DNA of 58,135 nucleotides. Source: an uncultured Bacilli bacterium (GTDB lineage Bacteria; Bacillota_I; Bacilli_A; RF39; UBA660). Every line of letters starts with the position of its first letter. Within the stretch, counting starts at the first letter, position 1. The notes beneath the pieces are model-generated. The model was not told the origin of the DNA. It worked only from the letters and a program-made list of their open reading frames with translations, and did not search any database. Where the stretch lies: contig CALVKI010000007.1 in assembly GCA_944332635.1 (NCBI GenBank), positions 1-58,135 of the forward strand, given 5' to 3'. The position numbers and the translations under genes are program-made. This document shows, one piece after another, positions 1 to 10,328 of the stretch.

Positions 1-87
1 AATACTGCTGGTGATTTGTATGTTTCTTATTATGTTGCTGAATTAAAAACATATATGTCTGCATTACTTAGAGATAGACAATATTAA
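1..87 (+). CDS. 3' end of a truncated CDS (…YVAELKTYMSALLRDRQY*), product unknown
   Basis: Open frame 1 from the window edge to TAA at 85-87, followed by a terminator. Confidence 0.55.
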   Translation, partial: NTAGDLYVSYYVAELKTYMSALLRDRQY

Positions 88-175
88 ATATGAAAGATTA
101 AAGTAATGTTTTTGTCATTATTTAAAACAGTTCATTACAAAGTGAAAATAATATTTTGTTGGGAGAATATATATT

Positions 176-206
176 AAAGGGTTGAAAAGGTTCAACCTTT
201 TATTTT
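176..206 (+). terminator. Rho-independent terminator
   Basis: GGTTGAA-AAGG-TTCAACC hairpin followed by TTTTATTTT. Confidence 0.7.
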
Positions 207-254
207 GCTTTCTTTTTTTGAAGTTTTACTATATAATAAAAATGAGGTGTATAA

Positions 255-1109
255 ATGAAAGTATTAGTAGATGTTGCTAGCAAAGAAATTTCTAATTATG
301 TTGATTTATGTGATGGTTTATTACTCGGTTTAGAAAATTTTTCTGTTTTAAACTCTGTTACTTTCTCTTTGGATGAAATTAAGCAAATTGTAGAAACGTA
401 TCCAAAGATAGAATTTTTTGTTAAGTTGGATAAAAATATATTTAATGATGAGATAGATAATGTAAAAAACATATTACAAGAGTTAGATCAAATGTCTATT
501 TCAGGAGTTTTCTTTTATGATTTAGCGGTTTTACAGTTGAAGCAAGAGTTATCTTTATCTTTTAATTTAGTTTGGTCTCAAACACATATGGTTACTAATT
601 CTCGTACGTGTGATTATTATTATAATAATGGTGTTGAGTATGCTTTACTTTCTAAAGAAATTACTTTAGATGAAATTGTAAATATTGCTAGGTGTTCATC
701 TATTAAGACGATTGTTGAAGTTGTTAGTCTGCCTAGTGTTGGATATAGTAGGAGAAGGTTGGTTCATAATTATTATGAAGATTTAGGTGAATTTGGTGAT
801 TCTAAACTTACAATTTTAGAAAAAATTAGTAAACAAAAAATATTAGTAAAAGAGGAGAAGAATGGTACTGGTTTTTTACTTGATGAAGTGTTAAATGGTA
901 CTTCGATTATTTGTTTATTATATCAAGCAGGCGTTGATTATGTATTGTTTCGAGAGGAAAAAATTCCATCTTTTTTGGAACTTATTGGTGATACTAAAAA
1001 ATATATTGATTCTGGGTGCTGTGATACTTCTTATGTTGAAAAATATAAAAAATTGGGGGATAGTACTGGTTTCTTTTTTAAGAAGACTATCTATAAGGTG
1101 AAAAAATGA
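255..1109 (+). CDS. trhP1: Peptidase U32 family protein, TrhP1/YrrN-like tRNA hydroxylation subunit
   Basis: U32-like motifs (THMVTN, LSKEITLDEI, YSRRRLVHNY); lacks the Fe-S Cys cluster as YrrN does; ATGA overlap with a YrrO-like gene. Confidence 0.7.
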   Translation: MKVLVDVASKEISNYVDLCDGLLLGLENFSVLNSVTFSLDEIKQIVETYPKIEFFVKLDKNIFNDEIDNVKNILQELDQMSISGVFFYDLAVLQLKQELSLSFNLVWSQTHMVTNSRTCDYYYNNGVEYALLSKEITLDEIVNIARCSSIKTIVEVVSLPSVGYSRRRLVHNYYEDLGEFGDSKLTILEKISKQKILVKEEKNGTGFLLDEVLNGTSIICLLYQAGVDYVLFREEKIPSFLELIGDTKKYIDSGCCDTSYVEKYKKLGDSTGFFFKKTIYKVKK

Positions 1110-2290
1110 AAAGAATAGAATTGCTTTCTCCAGCGGGTGATATTGAAAGATTAAAAGTTACTTTATTGTATGGTGCAGATGCTGTTTATATTGGAGGAGA
1201 GAAATATGGACTTAGAGCGAATGCTACTAATTTTACATTGGATCAAATAAGAGAAGGTTGTAACTTTGCCCATAATTTAGGTAAAAAAGTATACCTTACA
1301 GTTAATATGGTTTTTCATGATGAGGATATGGATGGGATAGAAGAGTATATCGCTTCTGTTGTTGATGCAGGAATTGATGCATTTATTGTTAGTGATCCTT
1401 TTATTATTTCTTATATTAAAAAAAATTTTTCTCAGGTAGAAGTTCATTTATCCACACAAGATTCTACAACTAACTATAAAAGTGTTGAATATTTTCAAAA
1501 ACAAGGGGTTGATAGAGTAGTATTAGCTCGTGAAGTATCATTTTTTGAAATAAAAGAGATTATAGAAAAAACTGGTATTGATATTGAAGTTTTTATTCAT
1601 GGTGCTATGTGTACTTGTTATAGTGGTAGATGTGCTTTGTCTAATTATGTTACTAATAGAGATGCCAATCGTGGTGGTTGTGCACAGGTATGTAGATTTG
1701 CGTTTGGAGTTGAGGGAAAAAAGGATTTTACTTTTGCTACTAAAGATAATAATTTAGCTAGGTATATTGGTCAACTTATTGATATTGGTGTTACTAGTTT
1801 AAAAGTAGAAGGCAGGATGCGATCATTATACTATTTAGCAACGGTTATTGGTACTTATCGTGAAATAATAGATAGATATTACAATAATACTTTAACTGAA
1901 GATATTTTAAGAGTTTTGGAGGATAGACTTTCAAGAGTTGCTAATCGTGCTGTTTCTACTCATTATTTCTTGAAGATGGCAGATGCAACAGATCAATATT
2001 ATACTGGTAGAAATGAGGCTAGTAATCAGGATTATTTAGGGCAAGTTATTTCTTATGATAAAGCTAAAAAGTTAGTTAAATTTTATGAAAGAAACTATTT
2101 TCAAGTTGGTGATTTAGTTGAACTTTTTACACCGTCTGGTAATAGAGTTTCTTTTATCATAGAAAAATTGTATGATGAAGATATGAATCAATTGAACGTA
2201 GCTAGACACCCTGATAATATATATTATGTATATTTAGATACTGATATAAATATAGTTAAATATTCTATGATACGTTTACTTCATCATTGA
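1106..2290 (+). CDS. trhP2: Peptidase U32 family protein, TrhP2/YrrO-like tRNA 5-hydroxyuridine synthesis
   Basis: ELLSPAG, GADAVYIG, HGAMCxxYSGRC…NRGGCAQVCR, SLKVEGRM. Confidence 0.85.
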   Translation: MKRIELLSPAGDIERLKVTLLYGADAVYIGGEKYGLRANATNFTLDQIREGCNFAHNLGKKVYLTVNMVFHDEDMDGIEEYIASVVDAGIDAFIVSDPFIISYIKKNFSQVEVHLSTQDSTTNYKSVEYFQKQGVDRVVLAREVSFFEIKEIIEKTGIDIEVFIHGAMCTCYSGRCALSNYVTNRDANRGGCAQVCRFAFGVEGKKDFTFATKDNNLARYIGQLIDIGVTSLKVEGRMRSLYYLATVIGTYREIIDRYYNNTLTEDILRVLEDRLSRVANRAVSTHYFLKMADATDQYYTGRNEASNQDYLGQVISYDKAKKLVKFYERNYFQVGDLVELFTPSGNRVSFIIEKLYDEDMNQLNVARHPDNIYYVYLDTDINIVKYSMIRLLHH

Positions 2291-2720
2291 TTGGATGAAT
2301 GTTATGGGAAAAGATTTGTAGAGGAAATAGAAAAGGCTTGTTTGAATATTGAAAATAATGTAAGTATGATTAATAGGGGATAATTATATTTTTTGTTTTT
2401 TCTATTGGGATGTTTATAATTTAAATTTTTATGAAAAAATTAATAGTAAATTCTATGATAGTTCATTTAAATAATTTAAAATTTGTGATGAAAATTATAA
2501 TATAAAGGTGGTTAGCAGTAGAAAATTGAATTATATCTACAAGTATAAAGTTGTTATTGGTGATAATTCTTTCTATGTTAATTGTTTCAATGAAGGTGTT
2601 TATTGATAAATAAAAAGGTGAAAAATCACTTTGCTTTATTTATCGTCAGGTGATACAGAAAACTTTAATAAAGATATAGAAGAGGTTGTTTTAAAAAAAG
2701 ATATTTAATGGAGATTTGAC

Positions 2721-3848
2721 ATGGAACAATTAGAGAAAATTAAACATAATTTTTTAAAAATAGAGAATACCTATTCTTCTTATGCTACTAGAAGTAATAA
2801 GGTGATTCGTTTTTGTCCGATAGTTGATGATATACGAGCTCCTTTTTTTCGAGATGTAGATCGTATTATTCATGCACTTAGTTATACAAGATACGCTGAT
2901 AAAACACAGGTATATTCTTTTAAACAAAATGATCATATAAGTGAAAGAATGTTACATGTTCAGTTAGTTAGTAAAGTTGCTAGAACAATTGGTAGAGCAC
3001 TTAATTTAAATTGTGATTTGATTGAGGCTATAGCTTTAGGACATGATGTTGGTCATACTCCTTTAGGACATACTGGAGAAGCTTTACTTAATGAAATTTC
3101 ATTGCGTGAATTAGGGGAATATTTTGCTCATAATATTCAAGGGGTTCGGCATTATATGGAAGTTGAAAATCATGGTGAAGGGCTTAATCTTTCTGTTCAG
3201 GTGTTAGATGGTATTATGTGTCATAATGGAGAAATGTTATCTAATATTTATATTCCAGCATTTAAAACAAAGGAGGAGTTTTTAAAGCAATATCATAATG
3301 CGTATCATGATTTAAAAGCTTCTAGTCATAACCATCCAATGACTTTAGAGGGTTGTGTTGTTCGTATTAGTGATATTATTGGTTATATTGGGCGTGATAT
3401 AGAAGATGCTATAGAGCTTGGTCTTTTTGAAAGAGACGAACTTCCTAGTGAAATAACTGCAATTTTAGGTAATACTAACAGTGATATTATGAATACAATT
3501 ATTTTGGATATTATAGAAAATAGTTTGGATAAACCTTATATTGCATTAAGTGATGTGGTATATCAGGCGTTATTTTCTTTAAAAAAGTTTAATGCTAAGA
3601 ATATTTATAGTAATAGTATGACTAAAGAAGAAATTGAATATTATCGTATGGGAATGAATAAATTATATTATGTTTACTTGGAGGATGTTAGAAGACATAA
3701 TATTGAAAGTATTATTTATACAATTTTTTTAAATTTTCAGTGTCCTCGATATGTAGATTTTACTAGCGAAAAAAGAATGGTTATTGATTTTATTGCAGGT
3801 ATGACTGATGATTTGTTTATAAGGGAAGTTAGGCGGATAACAAAATAA
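2721..3848 (+). CDS. dgt: dGTP triphosphohydrolase-like HD-domain protein
   Basis: RDVDRI, KTQVY, HDVGHTPLGHTGE, HN, TLEG, DIIGY..DIEDA, DFIAGMTD. Confidence 0.85.
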   Translation: MEQLEKIKHNFLKIENTYSSYATRSNKVIRFCPIVDDIRAPFFRDVDRIIHALSYTRYADKTQVYSFKQNDHISERMLHVQLVSKVARTIGRALNLNCDLIEAIALGHDVGHTPLGHTGEALLNEISLRELGEYFAHNIQGVRHYMEVENHGEGLNLSVQVLDGIMCHNGEMLSNIYIPAFKTKEEFLKQYHNAYHDLKASSHNHPMTLEGCVVRISDIIGYIGRDIEDAIELGLFERDELPSEITAILGNTNSDIMNTIILDIIENSLDKPYIALSDVVYQALFSLKKFNAKNIYSNSMTKEEIEYYRMGMNKLYYVYLEDVRRHNIESIIYTIFLNFQCPRYVDFTSEKRMVIDFIAGMTDDLFIREVRRITK

Positions 3849-3851
3849 TAC

Positions 3852-3880
3852 TTGATTTTTTTCTGATAATGTGTTATAAT
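3852..3880 (+). promoter_or_regulatory. SigA-type promoter with extended -10
   Basis: TTGATT-17-TATAAT with TGn; implies the next gene starts at ATG 3911, not 3869. Confidence 0.65.
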
Positions 3881-3910
3881 TTGGCTACTTTATTGAAATG
3901 GGGGAAAATT

Positions 3911-4654
3911 ATGAAGAATTATTTAGAAGATGTTAAAACTAAAAGAGTAAATAATGATGGGGATTGTTATATTACTAGTGTTGAAATATATGAAGCTGAA
4001 GTAGGTGAGGGAAAATCGGAAAATCGTATATCTATTGGTTATGCTAATGGTGAGACAGATGCTGATATTGTATGTTCACCTAACAATGTTCAAAGAATAG
4101 AAGAACGACTTTATCACCAAGTAGTTAGAGGTGGAGCTAATGACGTTAAACTTGTAAAGCGTCATGTGAGTGGAGTGATTAAATCTTTTTCTATTGGTGT
4201 TGGTAGTAGTATTGCTAGTGCAGCTTTACTAAATTGTAGTGCAACGACAGCTAATCCAATTGTTATAGGTGGTGTATCTGGTACACTTGCTTTGGTTGGT
4301 GGTGTTGTTGCAGCATTAAATTGGAAGAATTATCGCGGGTTGTTGGATGAAAATGATAGTTATAAAATTCGTTTAAAACAAGCTCCTATGGCTTTGGATT
4401 ATTTTCAATGGTCACCTAATGCTTGGCGAGCATTGGATGGTAAAAATGAAAAAGCAAAGATTACAAGGTATAATAATCTCTTAGAATTGTCTAATAATGG
4501 TTTTAATCCGTGTTCTTTATTTGCTGGAGAGACAGGTATAGGTCTTACTAATCTTGAGATTTCTAGATTAGTGCAAAGAGCACGTAGAGAAGAACGTTTA
4601 GGATTAGAATTTTCAGCTATAAATAGTGGAACTTCTCAGAAATATAAAAAATAA
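3911..4654 (+). CDS. Hypothetical membrane protein with two central hydrophobic segments
   Basis: Long ORF with GGGG RBS and its own promoter; no family recognised. Confidence 0.7.
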   Translation: MKNYLEDVKTKRVNNDGDCYITSVEIYEAEVGEGKSENRISIGYANGETDADIVCSPNNVQRIEERLYHQVVRGGANDVKLVKRHVSGVIKSFSIGVGSSIASAALLNCSATTANPIVIGGVSGTLALVGGVVAALNWKNYRGLLDENDSYKIRLKQAPMALDYFQWSPNAWRALDGKNEKAKITRYNNLLELSNNGFNPCSLFAGETGIGLTNLEISRLVQRARREERLGLEFSAINSGTSQKYKK

Positions 4655-4668
4655 TTTTTTATTGCTGC

Positions 4669-4697
4669 TTGCATATATTTTTTAAATGTGATATACT
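4669..4697 (+). promoter_or_regulatory. SigA-type promoter of greA
   Basis: TTGCAT-17-TATACT with TGn. Confidence 0.6.
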
Positions 4698-4742
4698 ATC
4701 GCAAGTTGAGTTTAAAAATAAACATGATGAGGTGATATTGTT

Positions 4743-5213
4743 ATGAAGAATAAAAATACAGTATATTTGACACAAGAGGGTTTGGATACTTTAAAGAAAG
4801 AGTTAGATGATTTAATTAATGTTAGACGTCCAGAAAATGTTCAAGCTATTAAAGAAGCTCGTGCGTTAGGTGATTTATCAGAGAATGCAGAGTATGATAC
4901 AGCTCGTAATGAACAGGCTGTTATTGAAGCTAGAATTAAGCAATTAGAGAAAATGCTTGAAAATGTGTCTATCATTTCAGATGTTTCTACAGATTTTGTT
5001 AGTATTGGTAATACAGTAGCAATTAAATATGTAGATGATGATGAAGAAGATGAATATAAAATTGTAGGTAGTCAAGAAGCCAATCCATTTGAAAGTCGAA
5101 TTTCTAATGAAAGTCCTATTGCTCAAGCGTTGTTTAATCATAAAGTTGGTGATATAGTGACTGTTGAAAGTCCTAATGGCGCTTATCAAGTAGAGATAAC
5201 AGCAATCCAATAA
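4743..5213 (+). CDS. greA: Transcription elongation factor GreA
   Basis: EARALGDLSENAEYD, ISNESPIAQAL. Confidence 0.97.
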   Translation: MKNKNTVYLTQEGLDTLKKELDDLINVRRPENVQAIKEARALGDLSENAEYDTARNEQAVIEARIKQLEKMLENVSIISDVSTDFVSIGNTVAIKYVDDDEEDEYKIVGSQEANPFESRISNESPIAQALFNHKVGDIVTVESPNGAYQVEITAIQ

Positions 5214-5239
5214 AACGAAGATTTGTTCTTCGTTTTTTT
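5212..5239 (+). terminator. greA terminator
   Basis: AAAACGAAGA-TTTGT-TCTTCGTTTT then a T run. Confidence 0.8.
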
Positions 5240-5243
5240 GAAA

Positions 5244-6028
5244 TGTATATTTGTAAATGGTGTGAGACAAAATTTATATAAAAAATAAAAGCAATATGAC
5301 ATAGTTAATTAGTAATTATTGAATATTGTTTTTTTCTATAATTTGTTGTCTCATCTCAATGAGAGAAAGCCAATTGAATGATTGCATAGGAATATTGTTA
5401 GAGCGTTTAAGATAAGTTTTCATTTGTTTTAATAAATCATCATAAGAATAGAATTTAAGATATGAATAGAATCTTTGTTAATCATTTCTATGACTTCTTT
5501 ATACTTATGTCTAGGGGTTCTAGGCTTAATCAGTTTATGAGTTATGCCTAATTTATTTAGAATGTTATCTAAAGGGTGTGTTTTATCTGTTTTTATAGTG
5601 TAAGTAAATTCTTGACTATTATCAGTTTGTATAATTTCAGGTTTGTAACCAAAATAAACAATAGCACGTTTAACAAAATCGATGGTAGAATAAGAAGATA
5701 GTTCTTCATCAGTATGAGCGTTAGGATGTTTAGATAGAGGTTTATGAGATTTATAAATTAATAAATTCTTAGTTCCATCAAATTTTTTATTCCAACGCAT
5801 AACAGATACTTTAGAACACTTATATCTCCTACAAACAAAAGAGATAGGATTTCTGTTTTTATATAATAAAACAGCATAATGTTTAGTATTTAAACTATGT
5901 GGATAATGTGTTATACTTGTCATAGCGATAAGTCCTTTCTAATAATAATGTTTTGTGATAATTACATTTTACTAGACTTATTGCTTTTTTACTATATATA
6001 AAAGTTGCATATCAATTGTAACACTACA
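5244..6028 (-). mobile_element. Decayed IS481/IS1202-like insertion sequence
   Basis: TGT…ACA termini with imperfect IRs (15/25 by hand); DDE transposase remnant inside; flanked by a 19-nt exact direct repeat ATTTGTTCTTCGTTTTTTT (5221-5239 and 6029-6047). Confidence 0.75.
5429..5923 (-). pseudogene. IS481-like DDE transposase, internally deleted and frameshifted
   Basis: N-terminal HTH (CRRYKCSKVSVMRW…HPNAHT) joined directly to IQTDNSQEF…HKLIKPRTPRH; first catalytic Asp region missing. Confidence 0.8.
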
Positions 6029-6120
6029 ATTTGTTCTTCGTTTTTTTTTTTAAAACTATTTAAAAAATAAAAAAAATAAGTTATACTGATATAGTATAAA
6101 AGAATAGGGGTGCTTCTCAT

Positions 6121-7677
6121 ATGATTATTAGAAAACCATATGCTTTTTTAATTAAAAATTTTAGAAAGATTCATATATTTTTGCTTATTTTATGTGGTTT
6201 TATTTATTATAAATGTATGCAAACAAGATCTTTTGTTACAGAGTTTTTACAGCTGGAGACATATGATGCATATTATGAACCTATTACTAAATATGCAAGC
6301 ATATTTGCACTCATAGTACTTCTTATTATTATTGGATTATCTATTGTTTTGGTAGTTTTACTTCGATATAAAAAGAAACCATGGAAGTTATATATGGTTC
6401 CGCTTTGTAGTTATATTTTTTTGTTTTTTACTTTTGTGTTAACTATTTCACTTTTTTCTGGGTACGATTCTTCTTCTGGAACGACAGGAATTCGGGCTAT
6501 TAATGATTTATTATTTATGGGAACGATTCCACAATATCTAGTTATTATTATTTTATTAATACGAATATTTGGTATTGATTTGAATAAGTTTGATTTTAAA
6601 TCTGATCAAGAATATTTAGAATTAAGTAGCGAAGATAGAGAAGAAATTGAAATTAATATTAATATCGATAAAGATAGCTTTAAACGAGGCATTAAGCGGT
6701 TGAAAAGAAATATTGGATATTTTTATCAAGAACATAGTTTTATTTTGAATATGGTAGCTTTTATATTTGTAGTTGTATGTATAATTTCTGTTTATCAATT
6801 TGTATTTATTGTGCATAAGTCTTATAAACAGGGAGATATTATTGAAACTAATGGGTATACAATAAATATTAATCATAGTTATTTTACGGATAAAAATTAT
6901 CGTGGAGAGATTATTTCAAAATCTAGTGATTTTGTTATTTTGGATGTTACTATTAAAAATAATGTTTATGAGAGAGAATTTAATTTAAATAGGTTTCATG
7001 TTATGAATGGCATTGGTAATTATACTCAGACATATGAAACTTATTCTAGTGATTTTCAAGATTTAGGCAAGACTGTTGATAAACTCACTTTGAGTAGAGA
7101 TGAATCGAGGAGACTTTTATTAGTTTTTAAAGTCGATAGGGGATTGGATCCTAATAAATTTGTTCTTTATTATCAGGAACTTGAGAATAAAAAACCATAT
7201 TTGAGAAAAATTAAATTGAATATGATTGATTATAGTGAAATTGAAAAACAAAAGATTAAAGTTTTACGCGAGGAAGAAACGATATCGCTTGGTAATCAAA
7301 AATTATCTTTTTTGATTGAAGATGTTAGTTTATTAAATCAAACAATTTATAGTACTTGGGGATGTACTAGTCGGGATAATTGTGCTGCTCAATCAAATAA
7401 TTTGATTGCGAAACAGGGCAAATTAATATTGCAGATTTTCTTTGTTTCATCAGATTTCTCTGGTAAAGATTTCGTTGACTTTTCTATGGAATATGGTAAA
7501 ATTGATTATATAGATAGTAAAGGTAAACGGCAAGAGATTGATATAGTGGATGCATTGGATAGAAATTATAATGGTAACTATATGTATTTAGAGGTTCCTC
7601 AGAGTTTACAAGAAGCAAGCGTGATTCGGTTGGTATATACAGTTAGAAATAAACAATATGTATATAGGTTAAAATAG
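6121..7677 (+). CDS. Hypothetical polytopic membrane protein with large C-terminal extracytoplasmic beta-rich (DUF4352-like) region
   Basis: About 5 TM segments in the first 230 aa; FVILDVTIKN beta-sandwich-like motif. Confidence 0.6.
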   Translation: MIIRKPYAFLIKNFRKIHIFLLILCGFIYYKCMQTRSFVTEFLQLETYDAYYEPITKYASIFALIVLLIIIGLSIVLVVLLRYKKKPWKLYMVPLCSYIFLFFTFVLTISLFSGYDSSSGTTGIRAINDLLFMGTIPQYLVIIILLIRIFGIDLNKFDFKSDQEYLELSSEDREEIEININIDKDSFKRGIKRLKRNIGYFYQEHSFILNMVAFIFVVVCIISVYQFVFIVHKSYKQGDIIETNGYTININHSYFTDKNYRGEIISKSSDFVILDVTIKNNVYEREFNLNRFHVMNGIGNYTQTYETYSSDFQDLGKTVDKLTLSRDESRRLLLVFKVDRGLDPNKFVLYYQELENKKPYLRKIKLNMIDYSEIEKQKIKVLREEETISLGNQKLSFLIEDVSLLNQTIYSTWGCTSRDNCAAQSNNLIAKQGKLILQIFFVSSDFSGKDFVDFSMEYGKIDYIDSKGKRQEIDIVDALDRNYNGNYMYLEVPQSLQEASVIRLVYTVRNKQYVYRLK

Positions 7678-7688
7678 GAGAAATAGAT

Positions 7689-9506
7689 ATGGAAATTTTA
7701 AAAGTTTTTGATAAGAAATTTGTTAAATATCTTAAATTTGCTGTTGTAGTAATCGTAATTACGTTGTTTTTATGGTTTTTGGTTATTCATCCTTTGATTC
7801 TTTTTCGAGGATATGAAAAAGAAATTGAAAAAGCTGCAGCGCGGTATTATGAAATTAATCCAAGCCAGCTACCAACTGGTACTCGCGTAAAAACATTAAG
7901 TATACAAGAATTGTTTGATCAAGCTTATTTAAAAGAAGATTTTTATGTTCCGTTTTCTAAGAAACCGTGTTCTATTAAGGATAGTTGGGTTAAAGTCAGA
8001 AAAGAAGATGGTGAGTATAAGTATTATACATATTTAAAATGTGGTATCATTTCTTCTAACGTTGATCATTCTGGTCCAGAAATTACATTAAATGGTGCTG
8101 ATGAAGTTACTATTAATTTGGGAGCTAATTATAAAGAAGAGGGCGTTAAAAGTGTGATTGATAACACTGATGGAAAAATGAATGTTGATGATGTAGAAAT
8201 AGATTCTAGTGATGTTAATACTAATAAGGCAGGGACTTATAAAGTTGTATATAGTGTTGCTGATAGTTTGAATAATACTACTCAGGTTATTAGAACTGTT
8301 AAAGTAGTTGAAAGATTGAAGAATACTGTTAATAAGGCTACTAATAAAATGGGAGTATATACTGGTGCTAATCCTAATAATTATATTTATTTTTCTGGAA
8401 TGTTATTTAGGATTGTAAATATTGACGGGGATGATGTGAGAATTGTTGCTGAACAAGATGTTAGTAATGTTAATTATGCATCTATAGATGAATGGTTAGA
8501 TTATTATTATGAACATATAGCTCAAGAATCTAAAAAGTATGTTGTAAAAAATGAATATTGTGATATGAATGCAACTGATGATAATATTTCTACATTAAGT
8601 AGCTGTAGTTCTTTTACTAAAGAAAGTTACGTATCTATTTTATCTGCATCGGATATTAATAAAGCTACTACTAGTGATGGTAATTGGTTACGTCCTGATA
8701 GTATTTCTTGGGTAAGAAATGAAAAGGATGATAAAAACGCTTATACTGTGAGAAATAGATTCTATAATACAAATGCAACATATATGGCGTTTGATCAAAA
8801 TTATAATTTTGGTGTTCGCCCTGTTTTGACTATTAGTGGTTCTGCATTGATAGATGATGGTGAAGGAACTAAAAATAATCCTTATTCTATAGGTGATTTT
8901 TCATCTGCTACTGCTGGAGATAAATTAAATACACGTTATTCTGGGGAATTTATTTCTTATTCTGGTATGTTATGGAGAATTATTGATGTTGATTCAGATG
9001 ACACTACAAAAGTAATTGCTGATACTACTATATATAATGATGGTGCAAGAGTTCTTACACATTATGATACTCAGTCTAAAGCTAAAATTTATAATCCAAA
9101 AGAGCGTGGTAATGTAGGATATTTTATTAATAATCAAGCAGTACAGTATTTTAATACGAATTATTTTGTAACTAAAGAAATTGAAGTTCCTATTTATAAT
9201 AATATGATTAGATATGGTACGGAAAGCACTACAAAGAAATATAAGGTAAAACTTTCTGCTCCTAATATGTATGAGATGTTTAGTGCATTTGATTATAATT
9301 CTGATACAATGAAATCTTATTGGTTATTGAATTCATCAAAAAAACAATATACTAAAGCTTTGATTTCTGATATTGGTGTAGTAATGTATGGAGATTTATA
9401 TGATAATGCAGAGTATGGCATTCGTCCTGTTGGTTATTTAGATAAAAATTGTTCAATTGTAAGTGGTCACGGTACTTATGAAGATCCTTATGTTATTATG
9501 AAATAG
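7689..9506 (+). CDS. Membrane-anchored surface protein: pilin-like helical domain + DUF5011 Ig-like domain + two DUF6273-like repeats
   Basis: N-terminal TM; AAARYY..LP…LFDQAYL; GPEITLNG…AGTYKVVYSVAD; two copies of YSGML(F/W)RI…G(V/I)RPV…G.GT..(N/D)PY. Confidence 0.7.
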   Translation: MEILKVFDKKFVKYLKFAVVVIVITLFLWFLVIHPLILFRGYEKEIEKAAARYYEINPSQLPTGTRVKTLSIQELFDQAYLKEDFYVPFSKKPCSIKDSWVKVRKEDGEYKYYTYLKCGIISSNVDHSGPEITLNGADEVTINLGANYKEEGVKSVIDNTDGKMNVDDVEIDSSDVNTNKAGTYKVVYSVADSLNNTTQVIRTVKVVERLKNTVNKATNKMGVYTGANPNNYIYFSGMLFRIVNIDGDDVRIVAEQDVSNVNYASIDEWLDYYYEHIAQESKKYVVKNEYCDMNATDDNISTLSSCSSFTKESYVSILSASDINKATTSDGNWLRPDSISWVRNEKDDKNAYTVRNRFYNTNATYMAFDQNYNFGVRPVLTISGSALIDDGEGTKNNPYSIGDFSSATAGDKLNTRYSGEFISYSGMLWRIIDVDSDDTTKVIADTTIYNDGARVLTHYDTQSKAKIYNPKERGNVGYFINNQAVQYFNTNYFVTKEIEVPIYNNMIRYGTESTTKKYKVKLSAPNMYEMFSAFDYNSDTMKSYWLLNSSKKQYTKALISDIGVVMYGDLYDNAEYGIRPVGYLDKNCSIVSGHGTYEDPYVIMK

Positions 9507-9521
9507 GTGGGAGATGGTAGT

Positions 9522-10328
9522 ATGAGAAAAAGGACTAGGCTACTGATTTTGAAAAAAAAGAAGGTATTTCTAATTGTTGGAATTCTATCTTTTTTATGTT
9601 TAGTATTTGCTATTATATTCTTATTATTTTATAATTATTATCCTATCGAGTCTAGAATAGGAAGAATAGAAGAGTATGCAAAAAATGATAAAGAAGATTA
9701 TACTACGGTCGGGTGGCTTAGAGTTCAAGGTACAAATATAGATTATCCTATAATTTATGCTCCATCTTATGATTTTAGTGGAATGACATATGATTTCTTA
9801 TGGAATGAAGTAAAGAGTGATAATTTGTTAAATCAAATAACTGTGAGTGGTCATAATATCTTAAATCTTTCTTCTAATCCTTTAGTTGCTAATGAAAATC
9901 ATAAACGATTTGAACAATTAATGAGTTTTATTTATTTAGATTTTATTAAAGATAATAAATATATACAATATACTGCAAATGGGAATGATTATTTATATAA
10001 GATATTTTCTGTAGCTTTTTCTAAAAAGTCAAATATAAAAAAGTTTACAAGAGAAGATTTATCAAGAGAAGAGATGAAAGAGTATTTAAATCAGTCTCTT
10101 AATGATAGTATTTTTGAATTTGATGTGGATGTTGATGAAAATGATAAAATACTTTCTTTAGTAACTTGTACGCGTATGTTTGGTCATTATAATGATATTG
10201 AATTTAAGATTGATGCTAGATTAGTTAGAAAAGGTGAATTAAAATTAAATTATGGAGTTAACAAGACTGAAAAATATCATGAGATAGAGAAAATCATGGA
10301 AGGTGGAGAAAATGATGAAAAAGTATAG
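9522..10328 (+). CDS. srtB: Class B sortase
   Basis: N-terminal TM; VGWLRVQGTNIDYPI, GHN, LSLVTC catalytic Cys. Confidence 0.85.
   Translation: MRKRTRLLILKKKKVFLIVGILSFLCLVFAIIFLLFYNYYPIESRIGRIEEYAKNDKEDYTTVGWLRVQGTNIDYPIIYAPSYDFSGMTYDFLWNEVKSDNLLNQITVSGHNILNLSSNPLVANENHKRFEQLMSFIYLDFIKDNKYIQYTANGNDYLYKIFSVAFSKKSNIKKFTREDLSREEMKEYLNQSLNDSIFEFDVDVDENDKILSLVTCTRMFGHYNDIEFKIDARLVRKGELKLNYGVNKTEKYHEIEKIMEGGENDEKV

Noticed and set aside
2291-2720. Coding-like fragments (…GKRFVEEIEKACL…, …LYLSSGDTENFNKDIEE…)
   Set aside because: Possibly a decayed gene, but multiple stops and no assignable family
6081-6099. TTATACT-N5-AGTATAA palindrome (also TATAC-N7-GTATA at 19795) as a locus-specific operator
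   Set aside because: It overlaps the -10 box and start site, and a similar TATAA-N7-GTATA occurs outside the locus near 54936, so it is probably a general promoter feature in AT-rich DNA
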